NCBI GenBank assembly: GCA_950097015.1
Contig: CATNEN010000039.1
Location: 12,462,001-12,526,000 of the forward strand
Length of the DNA stretch: 64,000 bases
Direction of reading: 5' to 3'
Origin: Macrostomum hystrix
Taxonomy: Eukaryota; Animalia; Platyhelminthes
Shown: positions 12,668-25,318 of the stretch, piece after piece
How positions within the stretch are numbered: the first letter of the stretch is position 1
How the letters are laid out: each line of letters opens with the position of its first letter
The notes under the pieces: generated by a model
Databases searched by the model: none
What the model saw: only the letters and a program-made list of their open reading frames with translations
Told to the model about the DNA's origin: nothing
Translations under genes and position numbers: made by a program

Positions 12668-14558
12668 TTAGTATCCGGGCGTGCGCCAGATGCAGAAGAT
12701 GTACTTTCCTAGGCGGAAGATGAACGAGTAGCCAGGTTCGTGTGAGTACCAGCACCAGAACTGGCCATTGATGATCACAACGTGCCAAAGGCGCTCCATC
12801 TTCGTGTCGCACTGTTGCTTGATGTACTTGGCAATGTCCTGCGGGAGTAGGACAGACTCAAACAGTTTATAATCACATAAGGACCAGAGGACCGAAGGAC
12901 CAGAGGACCGAAGGACCAGAGGACCGAAGGACCAGAGGACCGAAGGACCAGAGGACCGAAGGACCAGAGGACCGAAGGACCAGAGGACCGAAGGACCAGA
13001 GGACCGAAGGACCAGAGGACCGAAGGACCAGAGGACCGAAGGACCAGAGGACCGAAGGACCAGAGGACCGAAGGACCAGAGGACCGAAGGACCAGAGGAC
13101 CGAAGGACCAGAGGACCGAAGGACCAGAGGACCGAAGGACCAGAGGACCGAAGGACCAGAGGACCGAAGGACCAGAGGACCGAAGGACCAGAGGACCGAA
13201 GGACCAGAGGACCGAAGGACCAGAGGACCGAAGGACCAGAGGACCGAAGGACCAGAGGACCGAAGGACCAGAGGACCGAAGGACCAGAGGACCGAAGGAC
13301 CAGAGGACCGAAGGACCAGAGGACCGAAGGACCAGAGGACCGAAGGACCAGAGGACCGAAGGACCAGAGGACCGAAGGACCAGAGGACCGAAGGACCAGA
13401 GGACCGAAGGACCAGAGGACCGAAGGACCAGAGGACCGAAGGACCAGAGGACCGAAGGACCAGAGGACCGAAGGACCAGAGGACCGAAGGACCAGAGGAC
13501 CGAAGGACCAGAGGACCGAAGGACCAGAGGACCGAAGGACCAGAGGACCGAAGGACAAAGTGGAAAATAGTCAGCACACTCTCAGACTCGCCTTTTCCAT
13601 TGAGTGCAGCCGATTCGCCTCGCGCACAATCTCAATGATGCGCAACTGCAGATCCAGGGTCATGTCAGATGAGATGACAGTGACGTCACTGGGAAGGCCG
13701 CCGGCGCGCACCTTAGACGCATACTCGGCTTTGACCTTCTTGGCCTCCAGACCAAGAGTCTGGCAGTACTCCTCCAGGGTGATGGTGCCAGAGTTGTCCG
13801 AGTCGAACAGATGCAGCCATTTCTGGAACGTTGGACCATAAAGTAAAATACAGTTGAGACAATGCATGCCCTGTGATAACCTTTATATCCTTTATTATAA
13901 CGAACGATACAGACGAATCGATATCCTAAGTGACACAAGAGAAGGAGAAGGCGCTCGATGATATCCTACGATTAAGACGCTCGATGATATCCTACGATTA
14001 AGACGCTCGATGATATCCTACGATTAAGACGCTCGATGATATCCTACGATTAAGACGCTCGATGATATCCTACGATTAAGACGCTCGATGATATCCTACG
14101 ATTAAGACGCTCGATGATATCCTACGATTAAGACGCTCGATGATATCCTACGATTAAGACGCTCGATGATATCCTACGATTAAGACGCTCGATGATATCC
14201 TACGATTAAGACGCTCGATGATATCCTACGATTAAGACGCTCGATGATATCCTACGATTAAGACGCTCGTTGATATGCTACGATTTGGGCGTTCGATTAT
14301 AAGTCCCTGCAGTGATATATACTACGAGCTCGTACTTAGGATATCATGATATCCTTAAGTAGTGACAGATCTGGCTAAAAAATTACTACCGAAGTAATTT
14401 CAAAGATTTAAACCGGACGTCCCACACTCTGGACTCACTCGGACGAAGGCCTCATCGTAGTTCTTCTCGCGCATGTAGCGGGTCAACTGGGCGACGGTGA
14501 TCTCACCCTTGCCATCGGTGTCGATGGCGAAGAAAGCCTCTGTGAATCTGTCCGCCAT
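12668..14558 (-). CDS. Tegument-allergen-like (TAL) protein: two EF-hands plus dynein light chain-like domain, ~173 aa; exons 14558-14439, 13822-13592, 12838-12668
   Basis: MADRFTEAFFAIDTDGKGEITVAQL...KWLHLFDSDNSGTITLEEYC...SSDMTLDLQ...EK|DIAKYIKQQCDTKMERLWHVVIINGQFWCWYSHEPGYSFIFRLGKYIFCIWRTPGY*. EF loops are DTDGKGEI and DSDNSGTI. All junctions are phase 0. Confidence 0.9.
12879..13556. repeat. Perfect 16-bp minisatellite (GGACCAGAGGACCGAA)n, ~42 copies, in TAL intron 2
   Basis: Seen directly; essentially invariant units. Confidence 0.95.
13951..14285. repeat. 26-bp minisatellite (GACGCTCGATGATATCCTACGATTAA)n, ~12 copies, in TAL intron 1
   Basis: Seen directly; head-to-tail with no spacers. 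Confidence 0.95.
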
Positions 14559-15924
14559 GCTGCCCTTCAGCAGAATTCTTTGATTTCTGAAAGAAGATAC
14601 AGGTACAGAAGATTCGGCAGACTCGCTGATGGGATCCTAAAATGCTGCAGAGAGTCGCTGAGCAATTCGAAAGTAGTGCGCATACCAAAAAGGGGTTCAA
14701 AGCAAAGGCGTTTACTCACCAACAGTAAAATGGCTTCGGGCGGTGTTCTCAATCTCAGACAGCCTGACTAAGAGGGTCCCTGTCTTGTCTGTGCGTTTCG
14801 GTCAGCCTTTTGAGGTCGAATATAGCGTCCCCACCTGTGCTTAAGACGATCGAGACTGAAAGGAATTGAAGAGCTTTTGTTAAAACAGAAAAGAACTATA
14901 CTCTGAAAAGGAAAGAAAAAGAGAGGAAGAGAGAGAGAAAAGCAAAATGCTTGCTGACGAAGTAAAGCTTCGCAAACCAGTAAACGCCCTACAATGGATC
15001 TTCGAACCTATTGTGTTCTGTACATGCCATGAGAGCGCTCTGGGGCGAAACAAAAGCGCTTCTACTAAAAGCTCAGTCAGAAATTATTTAGTTTGTGCTC
15101 TACTCAACATCAGATGTGTGTGCGTGCGTGTTTTCCTCAGGGGTGACACAGCAAATGAAATGCTGCACACACGCACTGCGTATTGATGAAGAGGGAAACT
15201 TTATGAAAAGAATTCCAATATTAGCAAAGAGCGGAAGCGTTTGTAGCACTGAGAAGTGGCCAAGTATAGTTTTACGACTTCATTGCGAACTCAAACTCAG
15301 TGCTGACACATAACTGACCCTCATGCTGCATCAGAACACAAACATAATTTAATGCAACACACTGTGCAATATCTGCTGCAAATTCTACATTTTACATGTG
15401 TATCAGTAATCTGTATCAGTTGCATGAGTTATCTGACAGTTTTTCAACAGTTGTCTGACAGGCATTCCATGAGTTGTCTGACCGTTTTCTAGATGACAAG
15501 TTTTTCTTCTGCATTTCCTGTTCTGTCGCTGCGTCGCATTCATCTCCGTAGAGGTGTTAGCGCCCCATTAAAAAGAATTTCGGTTTTTTAAGATTAACCT
15601 GACGAACGGGATTTTAGACCAGCATTTCTACGTATGAAAAGGTGTTCGATTGCCAAAGAAGATTTTTTGCCGATTTCTTTAAGCTTGAGGCGGCTCGTCG
15701 TAGAGCTTAAGGCGTTAACCTGAGCACAGCATTTCGCGGCCACCTGTCCCACAAAACCCTAGGGAAATGACAGAGCAACGAAAAGAAATGAATTTCATGA
15801 ATAAATTTCAACAGCAGTAGTCACGCCATGCCATGCCTTTAAAGACTTACTTTGAAACATGTGACAATATCTTGCTAGTCAGGAAGTCAGTGGTTAAATC
15901 GAATTTGTTTGTTAGACCAAAAAA

Positions 15925-16240
15925 TAATTGTTGCAGGAGGGCTGCGGGAAATGGCACATCATTTGGTGACATTAGACCCGCAGCCAGCGAGGAGGCAATT
16001 CTGCCCATTTCTCTGACTCCTGAGCACACACGCACACACTTGCTCAGGAGTCTACCGCATACGCAGGCATACGCTCATAAACTTTCTCATCGACTTTCAT
16101 GAGACATCGACGTAAATTGCACGACAAGCCTCGAAGCCTTCTCTCCGCGGCTGCGTCCCAAATATATGTTGCTACGCCGCGGAATCGAACATAGGGACCT
16201 TGGCGCAAGAGGCAAACGCGTTAACTGCTCTGACACCGCT
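15925..16240 (-). mobile_element. SINE family A
   Basis: Reverse complement of the family consensus, including the tRNA-like head (GGAATCGAAC...TTAACTGCTCTGACAC). Confidence 0.82.
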
Positions 16241-16555
16241 CTGTTAATAAATTTTGTTTATTTGTCTTCTTACATTTGTCCACGGACGCGATCAATTTAA
16301 CTACGAGTATAGATTAGACCAACTAAGTATCCATAGAGTGCAATTACTAATTAACGTCTTTCCCTAAATGACTGACGATGATGATGTTTGAATTCATGTG
16401 ACATTTTCTGACGAATCAGAATTGAGCAACATTTGAGAGCAGCTCGCAAATGTGCGAAAGCCACGCCAATTGTAAAATTTAACAAAAAATTGACGGCCTG
16501 GACTCGTATTGAAATTTTTGTAGGAAAAAACCTTAGTTGCTTGTACGTAATATAC

Positions 16556-18139
16556 ATGGCGCAGTCGTCCGTACCTCGTGAACTTCGGCTTAGAGCCAGA
16601 TCGTCTTCGCCTCGATTCCTGGCTCCGCCAGAGCCTCAACACCCGGCGAGTCCGAAGGCGCGTCATCCGCTGAACATCGGCTGCCTGCTCGTGCCGCCGC
16701 AGCCGGAACATTCGACGTCGCCGAAGGCGCGGCATCCCTTGGCCGGCTCGGTCATGCCTTCGAATCGACAGCTTTACGCCAACTTGCAGCTGCGCAATAC
16801 TCGACGACTCCCCCGCATTGTGATCTCCTTCTCGTCGGCGAGAAACCGAAACTCCTCTCGGGCGGCAAGGCGCATCGCCAGTCAGGATGATGCTGATCGT
16901 CCAGACTCGGTTCCGAGTTTGTACCTGATGGCAACCGGTGGTACCCGACTGCGGGCTGGCTTCCTAGCCGACCCTGGCGAGTCGGTGTTGACGCGCAGCT
17001 CGCCAGACAATCTGGCGCTGCGAACTCTCCTCGCTTGTGTGCTCTGCCAGTCAGACGGCATGCCGCAGCTCTGGTCCCCTGTCTTCTTCGAGTCCGTGTG
17101 CCACGCCACTCGCAGGGGCAAGAAAGTCTCAACCTGTGCGAGCATCGCCATCCAGAGAGGCTCGCTAGTATACGAAGCATCGCACACCCTAGGATCCGGC
17201 TGTGCTGGTAGCGTGCACTTCTGCTTGACCAAGAGACAGCCAGGCGGAACCAGCTCGACCAGCTTTCGTCTGACCAGTTCGCCAAGAGCGATGAAGTTTT
17301 TCAACGATTTGGACGCCTTCTGCAAAGAGCGCGAGGTTTATCTCACTCTGCAGTCGGATCACACCGAGGACACTTACAGCTCTAGATTCGTCCTGTGGTT
17401 GGCCGACTTTGTCCTGTGCGCCCAGCCAGGCAGCAGGGACGGCACTGGCTGTCTTCTGCTGGAGCTAGCCCCCGGAGGCACTCTGCAAAGCCTGGTCCGC
17501 GGCCTGACGCAGTCGGACAGACAGCTCACAGAGCCGCAGGCAATCTTCTACCTGGCTGAGATTGGCTGCGCCCTGGACTTTGTCCACTCGCGCGGCATTC
17601 TTCATCTGGATCTGAAGTCCGACAATGTCGTTATCTCGGCCACTGGACACAGCCGCATTTGCGACTTCAGCCACTCGCAGACAGCGCACAGCTGCTGGCG
17701 GGAAAGGCACCCGCCGGCTGGCATTCACTCGTGCCACCTGCCGCCGGAAATGATGCGAGGCATCGAGTCGGTCAACCAAAGCGCCGACTGGTTTAGCTAC
17801 GGAGGCCTGGCCTTCTGGCTGCTCCACCGGCGCTACCCGATCCAGGCGCCGGGCTTTGTGCGGTCCGGGCAGGACTTCGCCGACTACTTGACCGAACGCG
17901 GCTACAGCAACTTGCTCACGGCATTCGACCCGGACGTTAGTGAGGTCTATAAGGAACTAGTGCTGGTTCTGCTGCAGCCGCAGCCGGAGCGTCGACCAAC
18001 CGGATTCTGTGGATTCGACGAGCATCGACGCCTGCTATCTTCCAGCGGCCTGTTTCCTCGTGACGCGGCGGTGTCAAGCTATCGGGACATTGTTGAGAGC
18101 AACCGGCTGCTGCCACCCTATTTGCCGATGCCATTGTAA
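16556..18139 (+). CDS. Intronless Ser/Thr protein kinase (AGC-like, atypical motifs); likely start MAQSSVP at 16556
   Basis: LGSGCAGSV G-loop, AMK, EREVY, LELAPGGTL, IFYLAEIGCALDFVHSRGILHLDLKSDNVV, ICDFS, LPPE, ADWFSYG, LLQPQPERR, LLPPYLP tail. GC-rich coding stretch from 16556. Confidence 0.85.
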   Translation: MAQSSVPRELRLRARSSSPRFLAPPEPQHPASPKARHPLNIGCLLVPPQPEHSTSPKARHPLAGSVMPSNRQLYANLQLRNTRRLPRIVISFSSARNRNSSRAARRIASQDDADRPDSVPSLYLMATGGTRLRAGFLADPGESVLTRSSPDNLALRTLLACVLCQSDGMPQLWSPVFFESVCHATRRGKKVSTCASIAIQRGSLVYEASHTLGSGCAGSVHFCLTKRQPGGTSSTSFRLTSSPRAMKFFNDLDAFCKEREVYLTLQSDHTEDTYSSRFVLWLADFVLCAQPGSRDGTGCLLLELAPGGTLQSLVRGLTQSDRQLTEPQAIFYLAEIGCALDFVHSRGILHLDLKSDNVVISATGHSRICDFSHSQTAHSCWRERHPPAGIHSCHLPPEMMRGIESVNQSADWFSYGGLAFWLLHRRYPIQAPGFVRSGQDFADYLTERGYSNLLTAFDPDVSEVYKELVLVLLQPQPERRPTGFCGFDEHRRLLSSSGLFPRDAAVSSYRDIVESNRLLPPYLPMPL

Positions 18140-18928
18140 CTGACGAAATCTATAACTTTAATTCGCGTCGGCTATGAATCTACCTTACTTGCAATCAATT
18201 TTTAGCAGAGTTAAGACATCAACTTTTAAATTCGGACATTCTGAAAATCTGAAGACTACTTGATTCCCCCTGGCTTTGCTTTGACGTTTTTATGTTCCCC
18301 CTAATTAAATTACACACTAACTAGACACTAGCTAGAACTTGGAGAGGTCTGGAGTTCGTATCTCAGCCCAGCGTGAAGAATTAACAGTTAAAGCCCTTGA
18401 GCATTAGACACTGAATTCCATTGGCCTACAAGCTCCCAGTGGCCTACAAGTTAACCGGGGAACTTTGACGTAACGGTTAAGAATTCATACCTCAGGCCAA
18501 GCAAATAAGTAAGTAGTAAGTAGGTAAAGTAGCTAGGCTACTGTTTTACTCTGGAGGCACGTAAAACATAAAGTATTAACACGTGTCATACTTATCTTCT
18601 CTGGAGAAGATTAAGCGAATAAGACTCCCATCACAGGTCCATATATAAAAGAATTCAATAACATATTATTCAGTACTTTATGATACAAGCAAAATTTGCT
18701 TTTTTTCTTTATGCACTTCCTGATTTTATTAATTAATTAAGCAACAAGGTAGGACTCGAAACGAGCATGTTTTTAAAGAAATTGCTTACCACTAAGAACT
18801 CAGCATGTAAACTGCAAAGACTATACCCAAAACGTCGAGTGCACTGTGTGTAGGAATAACTGCGTCTGTAGATCATTACTTTTACTATTGTAGAGGTTGT
18901 GGTTGCAGGTAGAGGTAGAGGTTGCAGA

Positions 18929-19230
18929 GGTTGTAGCCTAGTGGTTAGGGCGTCGGACTCACGACTTGAAGGTCGGGGGTTCGATTCCCGACTCCACTGG
19001 AACAATTTGCATCCTTTAGCAAGACACTTAACTCTGCATTGCTTCAGTTCACCCAGCTGTTAAATGGGTACCAGCATCAGCTGGGATAATTGAAGGTGGG
19101 TGTGGCGTCCCCCCAGTCCATGGACTGAACAGCTGTACGCAGCCTTCAGATGCGCCGCGCATTAGCTGCGGCTGTGCTGTCGGCTGCACATCTGACCCAA
19201 TTGGGGCAGGTGTATTATTATAATTATTTT
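18929..19230 (+). mobile_element. tRNA-derived CORE-type SINE family B
   Basis: A box TAGCCTAGTGG, B box GTTCGATTCC, CORE-like CCTTTAGCAAGACACTTAAC...TGCTTCAGTTCACCCAGCTGTTAAATGGGTACC, AT tail. Confidence 0.85.
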
Positions 19231-20179
19231 TTTACTATGATGGACTGTATATAGTTTTATCTGTTAATGTAAAAAATAAATATAGGCAGCACTAAATTCT
19301 CATAATTTTATTTTACATAATTCCTCAGGTGTTCAAGATTTTCAAGAGAAACCGTTAAACACGGTACTAAAATATTGAACCGTGAAAAAAGTAAGCTATA
19401 AAACTAATCGATAAAGAATAGTACAAAAAGCCGGTAGAAAATCGCTTTTTGTGAACAGTCTTCTATTATGAAAATAAAATAAACAAGCTTTATTAATGAC
19501 AATAACATAATTTACATAAAAAGGAACGATTGTTGTACAAGTTTTTAAGTTGGCTATAGAAAATCGAAATGTTTTATTCGTAGCTTTTATCTATTTTTTT
19601 ACCAACCAGTTTATTGTTTATTTCCAGGTAGGCCCTACTGTTTATTTTCAGTTTGATCGACACTACCAAGCGGTTGGTTACATTGTAAATCGATTCTATA
19701 GGAGTTATAGTTTGATTAATATTTAACTGAATACATTAACTGAACTGAATACATTTGCCTCCAGTATAAGTCTAGTGAGGCAAACTTATATGAACGGTTT
19801 TGGTATGCTAGCTAACTGGTTGAAGTCAGCTGCAGAAACAGTCATTGTGTGTAAGTTACCCGCAGATAAGTTGATGCTGCCAGACGACCAACTAGATTGG
19901 CAAGGACTGATACTAAATATGGTCATACAAATTTATATCATATTTATGATATAGATAAAATTTAGATCCTGCCATAAATCATAGAACTGTTGTGTTCAAA
20001 ATTTTCTAGAGCTGAGTGTAGTAATTATCCAGTTTTAGATGCCAATGCAAAATTGAAGCAGATGGTTTATATTTTTGGAACTTGCTAATGGCATTTGTAT
20101 TATTTTCTTTTCAGTGACAACAATTTATGTGTAATTTTAGAAAGTTTTAATTTTTGTAATAATTAATATATATATCATA

Positions 20180-20828
20180 GGGTAATGTATCATCAACCAA
20201 ACAGTGTATCTTCAAAACCGAACAAGAATTTTGACTTCTTCCTTGGTCTCGTGCAAGACAGAAACAAGCTATTGTGTTTCACAGAACAACTAATTTGAAT
20301 GTTAAAGAACTTATCTACAAGCTGAGGCATGATGTGCAATGAAGCATTAAGAGGAAACAAAGATATTGATGTTTCAGTAGAAATTTTTATTGCAAAAACA
20401 TACTTTTTAACACCATTTTTTCTGTATGTACTTTAGACGAAGATTGTATGTGGTTGCTTACCAATTAAATGACCATAAATGTAGTTAGGCCTATTTATAG
20501 AGCATGAAAAATGCTTTCAAATTACATAATTCATGTTAGTTCACTCCTTAAAATAAGATTAAACCACTCACTCAAATTTTAAAACCAAACATCAAATTCT
20601 CTGTTTGGTTAGAAGATACATGAAAATCATTGTTCGGTTTTAGATAAAAAGCAGGAATAACTTTTTTCTATTTGATAAAATAGCAAAAGCAGATACTTTT
20701 TAGAAAGATGTAACTGTTTTCTATAACTTGGCTTTTGATTTATCATCATATCTTAAATAGAAAATCTGTAGCTTAGGTTTGAAGTAAAAAAAAATACATA
20801 TTCTTGTTTGGTTGATGATACATTACCC
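20180..20828. mobile_element. MITE with perfect 24-bp TIRs (GGGTAATGTATCATCAACCAAACA) and TA flanks
   Basis: 20180-20203 is the exact reverse complement of 20805-20828. TA on both sides; AT-rich non-coding interior. Confidence 0.85.
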
Positions 20829-21824
20829 TATATTTTATTGACTGAACAATTCCTAGAACTTTGCTAGTAGCCCTATTGGAACAAGTGGTAATTGCATCTG
20901 ATTGTATGTCACAATTTTTCGACATTTTTTGTGTCATGTTGTTGAGTCAATGCTTGTGTTAAATAAAGTGATGAGCACTATAAAAGCACAAATTCATTCA
21001 AAATCAAAATTGAAATAAAAAATTTCCAAAATGGAAACTTAAAAACAGTTTAGGAAAAAATATATTTGTGGATAATTATCTTTGCAGCTACTAAGTGTTC
21101 ATTAACTTCATTCATATTATTGTTTGTTTAACTGGCTGTAGAAAACAAAATTTATTTGAAAACAAAAGCAACTGTAGTTGAATGAAGTCACAAGAGTGTT
21201 GTCGTGTGGTTTGACTGCTGAGTAAAACTCTCTCCACCAGCGCCTTACTACAGCTCATGTTTATTAAAGGTCCAGAGGACTGAATTCAGAGGCTTTACTT
21301 AAGAGACAAATTGCATGCACATTTGGAGGAGGGAGGCGAGACGAGTCCATGCACATAAGTTAGAGCCGTGCAGCAAAGAAAACATAAGCGTACATTAGAT
21401 AATGGTCTGAGAATTCAAGCTAAATTTAGTAAAGAAAATAGACATTAAATTACAAGTAAATGTAGCATATAGACATCAAAATTTGCACTTTCCACCATAG
21501 CAACTTCAACAGTTTTGACAACTTTGGCAATGTTGGCTTTGAAATTATTTACAATTTCATTAGTCTAAAATGCAAACATTTTATATTATCATATATTTAT
21601 GAGACTGTTAGATTATATTTTAGACTATTTATAAAACAGGCTATTTAACCCAATTCAACTATAAACTAGCCAACACAAGTAATATGTAGGCCTACTGTAT
21701 GAATTTATGAATTGTGTAGTACCTTTGAGAAGTAATTTAGATGATTAAACAATGTGTGCAATGCGCACACAGCACTGAACCAAGACAGTAAGTGAGCTGA
21801 CAAGTGCAAGCTTAACATTTAAGT

Positions 21825-22030
21825 TGTTGTTAATAAAAAGAAGCATTTGAACTGCCTAGTGTGACAGCCTATTTCTTTTGTTTCTAACAATGAGGGTCTC
21901 AGAGCTGAAAAGTTGCTCAGAATTGGAACCTGATAGTGTAATGGCAAGGTACTTCCAAGCTTTAGCCAGCTGTGGGTAAGTCAGAATACTTGTCTAGGTA
22001 CTTGTTTTGATTTACCAACCACTAGCATAG
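21825..22030 (-). pseudogene. Relic of a hAT transposase C-terminal dimerisation domain
   Basis: The minus frame reads YPQLAKAWKYLAITLSGSNSEQLFSSETLIVRNKRNRLSH*AVQMLL, matching the hAT pattern YP.L...A.KYL.IP.SS..SER.FS...I....RNRL....V..L.F. It has an internal stop. Confidence 0.75.
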
Positions 22031-25000
22031 AGTGTTTGCCATCTGAGTCTTTGCATGTCTAGGTCTAGGCATGGGCCTCTTGGACATAGCAACTGCACAC
22101 CAAGTACACTAAGTGCTCCAATCATAAATGTCCTTAAGGTTGCATGCACTGCATTTTGCACCAGCCACCATTAAGCCACTGTAGGCATTGGCGGCAATGC
22201 TATCGTTGCTTCTGTTCATTTCTTTTGTGCTTCTGTTGCTGCTGGCCATGTTTACTCGCATTGCAACTTCATGAGCATGGACTTTGCTATCTAGATCTCC
22301 CTGGAATCCTCAATCACAATAGTAAGGGTCCAGAATAGTCAAAATGACAAACTTGACAAACAAACAAACAAGATGACAACATAACTTGGGAGAAGGGGAG
22401 GGAGCTAAGGGCCATTTTCTCTCCCAGACATAACAGAGCACACGTGGTGATGAATAACAGTGAGAGAGGTCTCCCAGCCATTGTACAGTAAATCAACCGT
22501 GGGGTGTCACTTGATTACGTAATTTCATAGACAAGTTTGTAGGGAGCCTATTCATCCATTGTTCTAATTCTAATTCACTTTGTGAATTTACAATGCTAAA
22601 AACCCAAATTCAGAATTTTTCTAAGTCAAAACTGAGCAAGAAGGGTTCAGAAATTAAAAAATTAAAATTTTGGAACATCACTAGTTGCATAGCTACTGCT
22701 GTGGTGCTGAATGACATTTTGGGGTTAATGCAAAGAAACTTGTCCATGTCTAAAACATAACCAATTTTCTGTGTCTTGTCACATTTTTTAACTACCATTT
22801 TTGACCCTATGTTGAGTATCCACAGATTTTCTACATTATTCGAATTTTAATAAGGGCTAGTTGCTAATATTCAATATGCATTTATGCTTAAACTTTTATG
22901 ATAGAAAATGATTAGTTAACATGTTGAGCATATCAATGGAATTCATGGAAACACACTTTTGCTATTTTGCTTTTGCTGCAGTTTGTTTTTGCAACAAGCC
23001 AATTGTGGTGCCTTAGAAAATTTGCCCATTGACCTTCTTGAAACAGAATACTGTAGGTGCTAAAATTACAGGCAGTGCTGTAATATTAAGTTTAGATTGA
23101 TTTATATCAACAGTTTTCACAACTTCTTGACAAAAACATAAATATAAAAAATCTACACAATGGCTAACAATAAAACAAACGAACAAGCCACTCAGATGGT
23201 ATACTAGTGTGTCACCTAGTTCAAATGATTGTTGCCTAAGGAAACAAGGTAAGGCAAGAATGTAATCATCTTTCTTTTGTAGTTCTTCCAACCCTTTCTC
23301 TTCTCTTCTTTGTTATGGTTTTGGCTGGCCAAACTGGCTTTGCCACATCATTCAAATACTTTGCGCTTGAGTTTAAGTCTTTACTTGTGGTAGCTAAGAA
23401 AGTTGTTATCTTTCATAAAATAATCAAATGTGCAAAACTTTAGGATTGCCAAATTATGTCATGACCAAGTAAAATGCATATTAACTGTTTTTATCTGGCC
23501 ACACCCCAACTCCAAGTTTCAAAGATTATATCCACTTTGTGTATAGGTCCAGTGTATATTGTTTAGTATTCAAGAAAGGCCGTATGCATGTTATGGGGGT
23601 CATGTGGCTGAGTGTGTTTTACCATAAACCTGTTCAGTCCTAGGAAGTGTATTAAATTTTAATTATGTACCTTTCTCTGAGCTATTAGGTATTAGGCTAT
23701 CAAATGTAATCAAAGGCATTGTAGAAGTTTAACTTACTTATAGGCTGTGCATCTTCATGCATGGTATCAAGATGTTCAGAGCAATGATAAATTTGGTACC
23801 TAGGTTACAGCCAGTTTTTAGCTAAAAAGTGCTTGAAATAATTTATCTTAAGTAATCAAAGCATTGCCTATGTAGGCCCTATATAGTAATAAAATCACAA
23901 ATCATTTTTGAAGAAAGTTATTATATGGTATTATAACAGGGCTTATGACTCTACTTTTCTCTTTCTTGGTAGCGTATTCTTCTGGCCTCCTTTGTTACTT
24001 ATTTGTCTCTCTAACTCTTTGTATTCTCCCTTAAATCTTATCTTGGTGATCCTTTAGTTAAAAGGGCCGTTTTAACTCCACAACTCTTACATTGTGAGCT
24101 TCCCTTAAGGTAGCGCTTTTGCACTGGCACAAGCGGTTTATCCTTCTAAGGCACTAGGTCTCTTATTCTCCAGTCTCAGCTGGGCGTTTCTCCAGGATTA
24201 GAGGGTCACAGCCTCAACCTCTGTCTTATATCCACACTGGACAATATCTTCTTATTATATTGAATGACACAACAATTTCACTTATTCAAAAGGTGATACT
24301 CAGTTATTGCCTTTCTTTGGCTCACTGGCGAGGTATATTTTTAACAGCAAGATTTCCTCCTTTATATAGTGTTCTTAAAATTAGTTTTAATACAGTATTT
24401 TCCTATAATATAAAAAGTATTTATAATAGTATATGGCATATAAAATATATAGCGCAGAAATAAAAAAATAATTGAGATATACTGTATAGTGCAAAAATAT
24501 TGAACTGTTACAGTATTCAGAAAGCTTAGTAAGCACAGTGAAGAGAGCTAAATTCTCCACATAACTTGCCACTTTAGCTACATAGGCTGGGATTTTTTAG
24601 AATATAAATTAACTTTACAAAAATTGGCAATACTGATACTGAATACAGTTAGCATATTTACTGCATTAGAATAAAAAAAGTTATCAGAAATGAAAACACC
24701 AGATCCTGGAGATTGGCAAAAAGCAGAAAACTCTAAGCATGTTTCTATCCTAAAACTATTTAAAGTGAACATATCTATGTCTATTCCATGATTAGACAAA
24801 ATATCTTTACAAATTCTAAAAACACAAGTGTAAAGAAACAGTGCTTATAGATAAACATAAGCTATAAACTTGAACTTAAACTAATTCTCTTTAACAGTAG
24901 GAAAGTAGTTCCTAAAGTAACAATAGGAAGCAAGTTATTTTGGTACAAGGTAGGAAGCTTTTAGTAACACGGCTTTGGTATTATATTATTCGCTTAGTAT

Positions 25001-25318
25001 TACTTTTAATAAGTGATAAAAGCTTAGTTCCAAAAACTAACAACTATGTTAGGAGCTTTTTAAGTGAAGCATTAACTATCATTGCAACATATTCATTTTA
25101 AGAGATCTTAGGTACACTTGTTTGTATACTTCAGAAATCTACTTATAAAATATTTTTCAACTTCCAAATTATTGTTTGTGAGTTTACTATGTAGAAAAAT
25201 GTTAACTTTCAGCTTGAAGTGAAGATAAAAGTTTTGCTTAATCGACAATCAGCTAAACACTGGGCTAGGTACTAAACTTCTATCACCCTGCTCAACCTGT
25301 GGCTTAGCGCACAGATCA

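Noticed and set aside
12873-13577. Long repetitive ORFs (also 822-1327, 7501-8023, 30132-30509, 31072-31843, 50551-51663, 59532-60726)
   Set aside because: They are translations of stop-free minisatellites lying in introns or intergenic DNA.
13951-14285. 26-bp and 32-bp (28845-29570) repeats of CRISPR-like length
   Set aside because: They are head-to-tail without unique spacers, intronic, in a eukaryotic context, and no cas genes are present.
16433-16555. N-terminal extension of the kinase ORF from the TTG at 16433
   Set aside because: Non-ATG start in AT-rich sequence; the first ATG at 16556 coincides with the shift to coding-like composition.
18929-19000. tRNA genes at the SINE heads (also 5883, 36840-36910, 40893, 48185)
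   Set aside because: A and B boxes are present, but each runs into a shared SINE body and tail and lacks a convincing cloverleaf.
22400-24300. Possible decayed LTR retrotransposon in the AT-rich region
   Set aside because: Only vague fragments; no RT, integrase or LTR pair could be identified by eye.
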